From positions 64,001 to 128,000 of the forward strand of contig JAHQJS010000008.1 of assembly GCA_019057385.1 (NCBI GenBank): a stretch of 64,000 nucleotides of DNA. Reading direction: 5' to 3'. Source of the stretch: Candidatus Borrarchaeum weybense. GTDB lineage: Archaea > Asgardarchaeota > Sifarchaeia > Borrarchaeales > Borrarchaeaceae. Below, in pieces: positions 50,774-59,827 of this stretch (positions are counted from its first letter, which is position 1; each line of letters starts with the position of its first letter). The notes beneath the pieces are model-generated. The model worked only from the letters and a program-made list of their open reading frames with translations, did no database searches and was not told where the DNA came from. The position numbers and the translations under genes were made by a program.

Positions 50774-51856
50774 GTGAATGTTGTGCGAACAAAAAAATTG
50801 GATAAAAGGGGTACTATTGAAATAAAAGTCGAAAATCTAGACGACCTTTGGGTTTGTTACAATATTATTCTTTTTGGAGATTTTTTATCTGCTAGAACTA
50901 CAAGACGAATTAAAAAAAAGGATTCTGATGAGGGTTCTGATAAGGGTGAGCGACGCCCCATATTCCTTGAGATCCAAGTCGAAAAAGTTTCTTATCATAG
51001 TTTTTCAAATAGATTACGTGTAACTGGAAAAATAGTTGCAGGACCGCAAGATCTTATCTCCTTAGGAGATTATCATACAATCAATCTAGAAGTCGGAACT
51101 CGTTTTAAATTAAGAAAAGACTTTTGGCCTAAGTATATGTTAATACGTCTGAAAAAAGCCGTTGAACAAATAAAAAGACCTCCTATTTTAATTGTAGCTA
51201 TAGAGACAGGAGAAGCTTGTGTGGCTAGTTTGGGTGAGTATGCAACGACTATTCATGCTAATATTCACCATAGTATTACAAGAAAAGCAAGTGCTAAGCA
51301 ATACGAACAATCTCTTCTAAAGTTTTTTGGTGACGTTGCTAATACCATTAAAGAACATATGAACTCAGATATTGAAACATTGATAATCGCTGGTCCTGGT
51401 TTTACTAAGGACTCTTTTCTTAAATATTTTAAAAATAAATTTCCAGAGCTGGTAAAAAACGTGATTATAGAAAATGTAAGCAATGGAGGCCCTAACGGAG
51501 TTCAAGAAGTCATTAAAAGAGGTGCAGCTTCTAGGATTCTGGAAGATTATCAAATAACAATTGAAAATAGGCTCCTGGAGGAACTCCTTGCCAGATTAGG
51601 TAAGGAGAAGCGAAATGTGTCCTATGGTTTTGATGATGTTAAAAAAGCAGCAGAATATGGTGCAATAGAAACTGTGCTTGTACTCGACGAGTTATTAAGG
51701 GAATTTGATATGGAAAAAAGGAAAAAACTTGAAGATCTCTTACATCAAATCGAAAAAGCAAGAGGGGAAATCGTGATTATCAGTTCACTTCATGACTCTG
51801 GGAAGACACTTCATTCACTTGGCAATATCGCCGCACTTCTAAGATTTGAAATTTGA
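50774..51856 (+). CDS. pelA: Pelota (Dom34)
   Basis: ENLDDLW, RLRVTG, YHTI, AGPGFTK, IAALLRF. Confidence 0.95.
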   Translation: MNVVRTKKLDKRGTIEIKVENLDDLWVCYNIILFGDFLSARTTRRIKKKDSDEGSDKGERRPIFLEIQVEKVSYHSFSNRLRVTGKIVAGPQDLISLGDYHTINLEVGTRFKLRKDFWPKYMLIRLKKAVEQIKRPPILIVAIETGEACVASLGEYATTIHANIHHSITRKASAKQYEQSLLKFFGDVANTIKEHMNSDIETLIIAGPGFTKDSFLKYFKNKFPELVKNVIIENVSNGGPNGVQEVIKRGAASRILEDYQITIENRLLEELLARLGKEKRNVSYGFDDVKKAAEYGAIETVLVLDELLREFDMEKRKKLEDLLHQIEKARGEIVIISSLHDSGKTLHSLGNIAALLRFEI

Positions 51857-51914
51857 TTTTTTGATCTAGTGAACTGAAGATATTTTACTTGTTAAGAATT
51901 TAAATAACAAAGAT

Positions 51915-53574
51915 AACCTTACGATTGTTTATAGAACAATGAAATGGTTGATAAAATTCCACGTTTTATAATAATCATCAATCTTTCCGTGAGAGGTAAG
52001 ACCAGCCCTAAGGTTATCAGGCCGTGTGCTCGTCACCGAGTTCAACACATGAGTCATCAATACTGTTTTTCGCAATATCTCGGCAGTCTTGAAGGATTTT
52101 ATCCCACCATGCTTGAAGAGATCATGGATCATCGACCATATACGGTAAGGACTACTCTTTTTCAAACGGGGTTCTATGTACTCCCCGACATGTGAGAGCA
52201 CCCAATCGTAGATGTCTGGAAATGCTTCCTTGAATCCCAAGCCTCTTCGAGCTATTACATAACTTGCAAGGTGATGGACTGACAAATTATGTAATCGTGA
52301 ATACTTGTATTTCCCGATGATAGAGGTGTATCCTGGAAATACTCTTCGAAAGGACACACCGCGCTTTTTACACTTCCATTCCAGCAGTTGTAAGGCGGTG
52401 GTCTTCAAATTGCTTAATTTTCGGTTAAGTTTCTTATTATAGGAAAATTCTTGATCGAATTGTAAGTCCTCAACCACGATGCCTTTGCCTTTATTAACGC
52501 AGTAATTAACGATTTTATCCATCTTATAGGAGATATAATCATTACGCTTATCTTTTCTATAGGTATGAAGATTCCCAAACGAGATGCTATGGTAGGAGAG
52601 TAAATTACCGTGTTGATCCACATTAGTTAAAGACGCAAAATTATAGTTAAAATCTAATCCGATTGCGCCATGTTCGTAATCACAAACTATTGTTGGTTCT
52701 GGGATATTATAAGACACATGAAGAAAGTAGTGTACTTTACCCTTAGAGAGTTTCCTTTTCACGGTCACGGTGTATTTATTTGTATTTAGAATTTGTTGAA
52801 ACCACTTTCCCTGCTCAGAATTTATGGATGTAGGGATGACCAGCCATTTGCGTTCCTTTTGTTTAGAAAAGGTGCGTATCTTGACGGTTTTATCGGGTAA
52901 TACCTTGATGTTCAGGTTTTGCAATCCTTGTTGTTTCTTTCCGATGCAACTGAAAGAAGAATCCCGTCGTATCCTGAACTCGTCTCTACTTATGATACCC
53001 CGTACTCTCTGCCTAAATAGTTTCTTAGTGCCGAATACTACGGTTTCGAGGTGTAAATTTTTTTGTTTAGCCATTATTGAGGATCTGCGGGCGTATAATC
53101 CTTTTAACCGTCTGTCATGTGTATCCTGTTCCTTTATTTCATTAATTTTCTTGTTAATGACTTTTAACTGCTGTATCATGCGTTTCTGTCGTTTTTTCAA
53201 CCAGGACTTCTGTTGTTTCAGTTTCATCCTGTTATCAATAAGGATGGTATTGGCATAGGGGTTGTTATGACACTGATCCATCAAACATTGTTGTATTGTT
53301 TTACCTTCACCGAATCGTTGTGACATGTAACCCTCACCATAAAACAGAAGGTTATAGCCGATTCGTTTAACACGGTTATAGATGGTAAAGATCTCATGGA
53401 GCTGATGTTCATGTGACTCATCTGGATAAATCCTGAATTTGACGGTCTGAATCATCGTGATCGACTTCTACATATCTTTTACTACATTTCATTATTAAAA
53501 CTCCAACAAAATTTAATGAGGTCATTGCACTTTATCGTGCAAGGCATTGAGTTCAGATTAATAAAATCGATATG
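51915..53574 (-). mobile_element. Atypical TnpB element, copy 2
   Basis: Right end AATCGTAAGGTT shared with copy 1 (5940-5951); left ~120 nt shared with copy 3 (from 63847). Confidence 0.8.
51929..53455 (-). CDS. Atypical TnpB-like protein (no zinc finger), copy 2
   Basis: Same motifs as 5954-7474. Confidence 0.85.
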   Translation of the reverse strand: MIQTVKFRIYPDESHEHQLHEIFTIYNRVKRIGYNLLFYGEGYMSQRFGEGKTIQQCLMDQCHNNPYANTILIDNRMKLKQQKSWLKKRQKRMIQQLKVINKKINEIKEQDTHDRRLKGLYARRSSIMAKQKNLHLETVVFGTKKLFRQRVRGIISRDEFRIRRDSSFSCIGKKQQGLQNLNIKVLPDKTVKIRTFSKQKERKWLVIPTSINSEQGKWFQQILNTNKYTVTVKRKLSKGKVHYFLHVSYNIPEPTIVCDYEHGAIGLDFNYNFASLTNVDQHGNLLSYHSISFGNLHTYRKDKRNDYISYKMDKIVNYCVNKGKGIVVEDLQFDQEFSYNKKLNRKLSNLKTTALQLLEWKCKKRGVSFRRVFPGYTSIIGKYKYSRLHNLSVHHLASYVIARRGLGFKEAFPDIYDWVLSHVGEYIEPRLKKSSPYRIWSMIHDLFKHGGIKSFKTAEILRKTVLMTHVLNSVTSTRPDNLRAGLTSHGKIDDYYKTWNFINHFIVL

Positions 53575-53769
53575 AGAAATAACCCAGTTATCAATTTCAC
53601 AAGATTAGGGGTTTATAACTTTGATCCCTGCTTGCATATTTGAACTGGAAATATCTGAAGTTAAGTGTTCTTTCAAAGGAGGGATAGGTTGCTTCAGAGA
53701 TTACTTAATGTAGTAATCGTAATAGATTAACAAAAAGATAATAAGTTTTAGTTCGCATATTAATGTTGA

Positions 53770-53824
53770 ATGAAGAGACGACGGTATCCTGATGCGAGAA
53801 GCGATGATGAATAGGTAGAACTGA
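53770..53824 (+). ncRNA. Box C/D sRNA 1
   Basis: C ATGAAGA, 12-nt guide, D' CTGA, C' ATGATGA, 10-nt guide, D CTGA. Confidence 0.8.
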
Positions 53825-53868
53825 TAAAAATCAAATATTTTGTTGATTCATTCAATGCAAAAATCTTT

Positions 53869-53925
53869 ATGATGAAAAGGCATTTGTAAGACGCAGTATG
53901 CGGATGATTGAGAGTTAAGTGCTGA
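53869..53925 (+). ncRNA. Box C/D sRNA 2
   Basis: C ATGATGA, 12-nt guide, D' AAGA, hairpin CGCA-GTA-TGCG, C'-like ATGATT, guide, D CTGA. Confidence 0.7.
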
Positions 53926-53955
53926 TTTAAACTTCCATTGAAATCTGTTCTACCT

Positions 53956-54669
53956 TCATTTTTCAAGATAAGCAAAGAAGTTTTCTTTCCCACCTTTTCC
54001 TCCCAATTTTTCAAGCTGAACAATCTTCAATTGCGTCATTTTGATGAGTTCCTTAAGTTCTTTGAAGCGAAACAGATGATAAAATCTATATACTTCATAT
54101 CGTTTGTCACTTGTTCTCCATCTCCTATAGATATCCCCAAATTCTTTTTGTCCTTTACCAAATATTCGCTTTAAAAACTCCTTTATAGCATACTTTAGAA
54201 ACCTTCTCTGCCATAATCTCCAGACAGTAAGAATAACCTTTCCTTCTTCCTTTAAGACACGATCAGTTTCTTCAAGGGTCTTCTGGCGCTCACCATGCGA
54301 GGGGAGATGATGAAGTACAGCGACAAGCAAAACAATGTCAAAGGCTGAATTTTTGAATGGAAGGTACGCCGAATCGCTAACTATGAAATCTGGTTTTCTT
54401 TTCATGTGTGGAGTAGTTTTTGCGTTAGCAATTTGAATTAAATTCCTTGAAATATCAATTCCATAAGTGTAAAAGCCTTCTTCATTCAACCAAAATACAT
54501 GCCTTCCATTACCACATCCTACATCAAGTAATTTGCATCCTTGTTTTTCGAGAAGATTGGCGATTTTAAAAAATTCTTGAACTACATGCCATGGTTTCTT
54601 TCGAACTCTTTCATAATCATAAGCAATCGTGTCATATGCGTCCTTTATCTCCTTTTTAAGAGTGCTCAC
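53956..54669 (-). CDS. SAM methyltransferase, Trm9/ALKBH8-like
   Basis: YDTIA..Y..VRKKPW, LDVGCGNGR, AVLHHL, RFYHLF. Confidence 0.8.
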   Translation of the reverse strand: MSTLKKEIKDAYDTIAYDYERVRKKPWHVVQEFFKIANLLEKQGCKLLDVGCGNGRHVFWLNEEGFYTYGIDISRNLIQIANAKTTPHMKRKPDFIVSDSAYLPFKNSAFDIVLLVAVLHHLPSHGERQKTLEETDRVLKEEGKVILTVWRLWQRRFLKYAIKEFLKRIFGKGQKEFGDIYRRWRTSDKRYEVYRFYHLFRFKELKELIKMTQLKIVQLEKLGGKGGKENFFAYLEK

Positions 54670-54697
54670 AGAATTAACTTCCTTTTAAATTAAGAGT

Positions 54698-55615
54698 TTA
54701 ATGTTTTGCGTCACATTCCAGCACTATACTCCACGTATAACGTCTAAAATAGGTTTTATCAACGATTGCATCTAGTAGTTTGTATATCTTGAAGATAAAT
54801 GGATGTTTGTCAAGCAAACCTGCAAGCGGGTAGACATCGAGTGCGCTCCCTTCAATGTTGTTTATTTGTAAATCGGCTAATTTTAAGAGAGATGTAAGTT
54901 CTGAAATCGAAAAGATTTTGGTGTGATGTATATGACCTTCTTGAACAAGATATTTTTCTGCCTTGCTAAGTTCTCTTTCTCGACATCTTGAGGACATTAT
55001 TTTTACATTTTTTTGGAGTCTAAGAAATCTAAATAAAGAAGAAAAAGCTGACATAATACTTGAGATCATATTTTGACCGTTTGGTGTTGTTATCACAGCT
55101 TTTCCTTTTAAAATTCGTTTAATTTCCCAAATTGCACTTTCAGGATGTGGCAGATGTTCAATTACTTCAGATAGAAGAATTCTATCAAAGATATTCTCTT
55201 TGAATGGAAGATTTTGTGCATCGGCAACTATTAAACTAGCTTTGTTTCTATTATTTTCTACTATAGGTATCATTCTTTGAAGATGCGTAAGAGCTAAATC
55301 CATACAAACAAGCTGAATATTCGAAAACTTCGGTAAGACTGATAAAAGCGGCGATTTTCCGCTGCCTATATCCAAGATTAAATTTCCGTCTTCTATTTCC
55401 AATAATTTTAAAGAATTTTTTCGTAATTTATTCCATAGCCACTCAATTGACTGAGATTTTACTCGTTTTTTTTCTTTAGCGTCAGCCCTTGCGATGAGTT
55501 CATAGAATTTTCGCATGTTTTTTGCTCTATCTTTATTTCGCATGCAGTTTAATCCCTCTGCGAATTCGTTGTCCTGCCAATTCACTGATTTTTTGGTTGA
55601 TAATTGTATACTCAA
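54698..55615 (-). CDS. Class I SAM-dependent methyltransferase
   Basis: ILDIGSG, DAQNLPF, EVIEHL, ITTPN. Confidence 0.88.
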   Translation of the reverse strand: MSIQLSTKKSVNWQDNEFAEGLNCMRNKDRAKNMRKFYELIARADAKEKKRVKSQSIEWLWNKLRKNSLKLLEIEDGNLILDIGSGKSPLLSVLPKFSNIQLVCMDLALTHLQRMIPIVENNRNKASLIVADAQNLPFKENIFDRILLSEVIEHLPHPESAIWEIKRILKGKAVITTPNGQNMISSIMSAFSSLFRFLRLQKNVKIMSSRCRERELSKAEKYLVQEGHIHHTKIFSISELTSLLKLADLQINNIEGSALDVYPLAGLLDKHPFIFKIYKLLDAIVDKTYFRRYTWSIVLECDAKH

Positions 55616-55656
55616 TATTTCATGAATAGACCTTTTTCGGATCCTTATAGCAATCT

Positions 55657-57735
55657 TTAGTCAGTTACAGCGTAAATACGCACTTCATCTTTTTCGTAAA
55701 TTAATTTTAGAAAGGGTGAACTGTTATAACGAGTATAAGTACCCTCATAATGATCTGAAATGACAAAGTAACCAATATCATATTTTTTCAAAAGTGTCAG
55801 TGTATCAAATGTATGTAGGTTGCTTAAAATAGTGTTTCTGTCACTAATATGTTGAGATATTCCTCTTTGAGATTCTATGTCGCTGATTAGTGGAAGCATA
55901 GGCAGTTTATGTGAATAAACAGCAATCCAAGGATTGTCATAACTTCCTGCTACTATGATACGACACCATCTTGAATCGTAATTAGAGAGCCAAATAGCTG
56001 CCCGGATTGTTGCATCAGTAGGATGACTTAAGATATGTGCTTCATCCAAGTACATCTCTTTGCTTTCAACATGAAATTGTATAGTTGAATGATAAAGGCT
56101 CACAATAAGTACAAAAATTATTGTCAATTGTACCAAAATCCTTTCATCCACTTTTAGAAACTGAAGGCCACCCACTTTTCTTTGTATAAACTTGAGAGTA
56201 TTTGGGAGGTTTCTAAAGCCGTATCCTCCAACTACACAAATCGCTAGAACGAATCCTCTGTAAAAATGGAAATAAGGAAACCCAAAGCAACTTGTTAATA
56301 TGAACAGAGGTATTATCCAACTCAATAGTAGAAGATCTTTTGTCGATCTTCGTTTAAAACTTATAAAAATGCCGTTCAACAATACAAACGTTAGCACTCC
56401 CATAATTTTCAAATAATTAGAAAGATTTTGTAAGAAAAATGCAAGATCAAACCGTAAGAAGACGAATCCTCTGTTAGTAACTCCAGATACTCGCCAATAC
56501 CCCTCTAATACATTATTAATAAGTACAATGAGTCCTCTGCTAGTCCAAAGAAGAGATATTGGGATCGCTATAAGTATCATAAGCGCTATAGCATGAAGTT
56601 CTCTGCATTTTATTGACTTTTTTTGTAGTATTAACACGAGAACATAAACACTTAAGATAATTATAATAGACATCGATAAGATAAGATGTACCAGAACTAC
56701 GCTACCAAAAAACACTCCTGCTATTATAATATGTCGTATCGATTTCTGATCAATTGCTCTGAAAAGAGAGTAAAACATGACTGCATAAAAAATGTAACCC
56801 AGAATGTTCGAATACATTCCAAATGCAAAAATAGTAAAGATCCACGGAAGAATTGCCGTAATATACGCAGTCAATAGACCTGTATATTCACCAAATTCCT
56901 TTCCTAAAATATACATCATTAGTGGAAGCATTGCAGATAGTACTGCTCCGCTATTAATAACTACGGTGAATGCACTGACCCCTAATATTATACTTAGTAG
57001 TGCGCACAAAGCATGAAACCCGATGGGATATGACAAAGGAGTTTCATTTACGATTGGCGCAAAGTTAGCTACATTTGACTTATATATCAACAATTCTGTG
57101 AGCAAAATATGCATTGTTGGATCTTCTGTTCGTGTGAGTGGTCCAATTTGAAGATAATACAAATTTGTGATAAGCCTGTAGAATATAAACAAGCAAAGAA
57201 TACCATAGAGTGGCCATAGGGACTTTTTGTGCCTTAAACTGTGCCTCAAGTAGGTCGTCCCATATCCTATAAGGATACTACCAAAAATTACAGGGATTAT
57301 TCCGTAGTAAATATCGAAAAGAAGGAATCTAGGTAGGCCTATTCCTCCAGCGTGTTTAAGGATATCCTCCAGTTGAATTAAGTCAATATTATTACCAAAA
57401 TCTGTATGTGTATTACCGATAATATAGACATCACCGCCACCCTTAGCATAATCCCTTAAAGCCTGGGTTTGACTTTTATGCAACTCTATTAACGCATCGT
57501 CTTCAATCACAATTATGTCATAATATTCCAATAATGCGGATGCAAATTCGGGAAGATCCTGCGGTTTAATGTACTCTCCATTTATATTCCATGCATTGCT
57601 TTGATAGTCTGCCATTCCAACAAAAAGAACACTTGTTTGAGCTATTGGTACTGTATAATATACACTTAGCGTAATGATGATTGCACCACATATGAGAGAG
57701 AAAAGCCTACGATCCGCAATCTTCATGTTTCTCAT
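55657..57735 (-). CDS. Multi-pass membrane protein, probable GT-C glycosyltransferase
   Basis: DP..H, YPIGFH, about 12 TM helices, C-terminal LKKYDIGY..IY....VRIY. Confidence 0.7.
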   Translation of the reverse strand: MRNMKIADRRLFSLICGAIIITLSVYYTVPIAQTSVLFVGMADYQSNAWNINGEYIKPQDLPEFASALLEYYDIIVIEDDALIELHKSQTQALRDYAKGGGDVYIIGNTHTDFGNNIDLIQLEDILKHAGGIGLPRFLLFDIYYGIIPVIFGSILIGYGTTYLRHSLRHKKSLWPLYGILCLFIFYRLITNLYYLQIGPLTRTEDPTMHILLTELLIYKSNVANFAPIVNETPLSYPIGFHALCALLSIILGVSAFTVVINSGAVLSAMLPLMMYILGKEFGEYTGLLTAYITAILPWIFTIFAFGMYSNILGYIFYAVMFYSLFRAIDQKSIRHIIIAGVFFGSVVLVHLILSMSIIIILSVYVLVLILQKKSIKCRELHAIALMILIAIPISLLWTSRGLIVLINNVLEGYWRVSGVTNRGFVFLRFDLAFFLQNLSNYLKIMGVLTFVLLNGIFISFKRRSTKDLLLLSWIIPLFILTSCFGFPYFHFYRGFVLAICVVGGYGFRNLPNTLKFIQRKVGGLQFLKVDERILVQLTIIFVLIVSLYHSTIQFHVESKEMYLDEAHILSHPTDATIRAAIWLSNYDSRWCRIIVAGSYDNPWIAVYSHKLPMLPLISDIESQRGISQHISDRNTILSNLHTFDTLTLLKKYDIGYFVISDHYEGTYTRYNSSPFLKLIYEKDEVRIYAVTD

Positions 57736-57900
57736 CCAATCACATACGAGATAAAGATTAAGTGAGCATTTTCTATTTAGATCGATAGAGTTATATGCAA
57801 AATATATTGCTTTAAAAAACCTTGTTCTATCCAGTATGCAAGAACATTCTTTAAGGGAATTATATATTTAGTGAAACTATATCCATTATACCCTTCTTAT

Positions 57901-58039
57901 GGGCGGGTGGTCTAGATGGTTATGACGCCGCGCTTACGACGCGGAGTATCCCTAAAACTGCTTTAGGGGTCCAGAAGTCGTGAGTTCGAAGGAAAGAACC
58001 GAGAAATCGCTCTTTCTGAAAATCTCATCCCGCCCACCA
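57901..58039 (+). tRNA. tRNA-Val(TAC) with introns at 45/46 (57947-57976) and 59/60 (57991-58022)
   Basis: GGGCGGG/CCCGCCC acceptor stem, CT-TAC-GA loop, AG|GTC variable loop, TTCGAA|T T-loop, encoded CCA. Confidence 0.9.
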
Positions 58040-58107
58040 CTCTTAAATATTTCGAAAAATCGATATAATTCATTTCTTAGTGAAAAGACTTTTACTCGCA
58101 AATCAAA

Positions 58108-59037
58108 TTGGTGATAATTTTGGAGAAAACCGAAAAAATCTGGATGAATGGACACTTTGTTGACTGGGATGATGCTAAAGTTCACGTTTTAACACATGCG
58201 CTGCATTACGGCACAGGCATCTTTGAAGGGATTAGATGCTATAACACCGACAAAGGTCCAGCAATATTTCGGGCTAAAGAGCATTTCCAGCGATTTTTAA
58301 ACAGTGCAAAACTTTGCCTTATGGATATCGAGTATTCTGTTGATGAGTTCATAGGTATTGCAAAACAGTTATTGAAGATTAACAAATTAAATGAAGCTTA
58401 CATTCGACCTTGTGCATTTTATGGCTATGGTGAGATAGGGATAAAGGCATTAAATAACCCCATAGATATCGCAATGGCATGTTTTCCATTTGGGACGTAT
58501 TTAGGGGAAGAAGCTCTTAAAAAAGGCGTTAGGTGTAAAATGTCCTCGTGGGTAAGAATTGATTCAAGAATGGCACCACCATTAGCTAAAGCGGCAGCGA
58601 ATTATCTAAATTCATTCTTTGCTAAGCGTGAGGCAATTGAATGTGGATATGATGACGCGATTTTATTAAATTCTAATGGATATGTTTCAGAAGGACCTGG
58701 TGCAAATCTCTTTATCGTCAAAGATAATAAAGTTATGACTCCACCCCCTTCTGCAGGTGCATTGAGGGGCATTACTGCAGATGCCGTCATGCAAATAAGC
58801 AAAGATTTAGGATTTGAGGTAGTTTCGCAGCAAAATATCGTCCGAGAAGATTTATTCTTAGCAGATGAAGCCTTCTTTACAGGCACAGCTGTTGAGGTTA
58901 CTCCTATCCGGGAAATCGATAAGAGAGTTATTGGATCTGGAAAAAGGGGTCCAATGACCGAAAAGATACAAAGAGCATTCTTTGATACTGTTAAAGGCAA
59001 ACTTGAGAAATATCTTGATTGGCTGGTTTTTGTCTAA
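58108..59037 (+). CDS. ilvE: Branched-chain amino acid aminotransferase
   Basis: HALHYGTGIFEGIR, AKAAANY, EAFFTGTAVE. Confidence 0.95.
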   Translation: MVIILEKTEKIWMNGHFVDWDDAKVHVLTHALHYGTGIFEGIRCYNTDKGPAIFRAKEHFQRFLNSAKLCLMDIEYSVDEFIGIAKQLLKINKLNEAYIRPCAFYGYGEIGIKALNNPIDIAMACFPFGTYLGEEALKKGVRCKMSSWVRIDSRMAPPLAKAAANYLNSFFAKREAIECGYDDAILLNSNGYVSEGPGANLFIVKDNKVMTPPPSAGALRGITADAVMQISKDLGFEVVSQQNIVREDLFLADEAFFTGTAVEVTPIREIDKRVIGSGKRGPMTEKIQRAFFDTVKGKLEKYLDWLVFV

Positions 59038-59220
59038 CATATATTCTTAGCTTTCCTATCAGTCAAGTTTCTCTCTGCTACATGTCTTTCGGCTTCTTTC
59101 ACTCAAGAGTCCAAAGGCTCTTTTTAATAAGTTTAGTTAATTAATCTGCATTTACCATTAACTTTATTTTGACAGGGAGTAATACTCTTGATATATTCCT
59201 TTACTTTGGAGGATTATGAT

Positions 59221-59430
59221 ATGGATATAGATAAAGCGTTAAGACTCTTACGAGAGGTTCAACAATTAGAGAAAGAGGCTGTAGAGCGTTATACAGACCA
59301 TATATCGAAGATCGAGAACCCTGAGATCAACTCTATGTTAGAGGGCTTTAAAAGAAGCGAAGAACGGCATTATGCAGAATTGACAGAAAAAATTGAAGAA
59401 CTAAAAGAGAAATACGATATTGAGGATTAG
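59221..59430 (+). CDS. Two-helix ferritin-like (half rubrerythrin) protein
   Basis: E..A...Y and EERH. Confidence 0.7.
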   Translation: MDIDKALRLLREVQQLEKEAVERYTDHISKIENPEINSMLEGFKRSEERHYAELTEKIEELKEKYDIED

Positions 59431-59441
59431 GAGGTCGGCTT

Positions 59442-59789
59442 ATGTTTAAAAATATTAAAGAGTTACTGAAAGACGATTTGGAATTCGAAAGGCGTGCTGT
59501 ACAAATTTACAAGGATTACGGATTAGAGATCGAAGACGAAGATGCTCGAAAAATGCTGCTGACTTTCAGAAAAGATGAAATGGGGCATATGAGGGCTATC
59601 GAGAACAAACTTACAAAGATTCGTACTGAAAAGCTAAACGTCGCATTCTATTGTCCTAGATGCGGTTGGACATTGGTGTATGGTTGCAATCCAAAGACAG
59701 GCCAGGTCATAAAATGTCCCGCTTGTCATGCGCAGATTAAGTTATTTATTAATGAAGATGGAGAATACGCTGTAGAAGAGGTATTTTAA
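59442..59789 (+). CDS. Two-helix ferritin-like domain plus CxxC/CxxC ribbon
   Basis: E..A...Y, EMGH, CPRC, CPAC. Confidence 0.75.
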   Translation: MFKNIKELLKDDLEFERRAVQIYKDYGLEIEDEDARKMLLTFRKDEMGHMRAIENKLTKIRTEKLNVAFYCPRCGWTLVYGCNPKTGQVIKCPACHAQIKLFINEDGEYAVEEVF

Positions 59790-59827
59790 GCCCATAGAGG
59801 GGCATAACCCCCCTCAAAGATTTAACA

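Noticed and set aside
53760-54023. 87-aa minus ORF as a tnpA remnant
   Set aside because: No HUH or serine recombinase motif; the region is better explained by the C/D sRNAs on the + strand.
59428-59444. Pyrrolysine or selenocysteine readthrough joining the two ferritin-like ORFs
   Set aside because: The downstream ORF is in another frame and has its own Shine-Dalgarno sequence.
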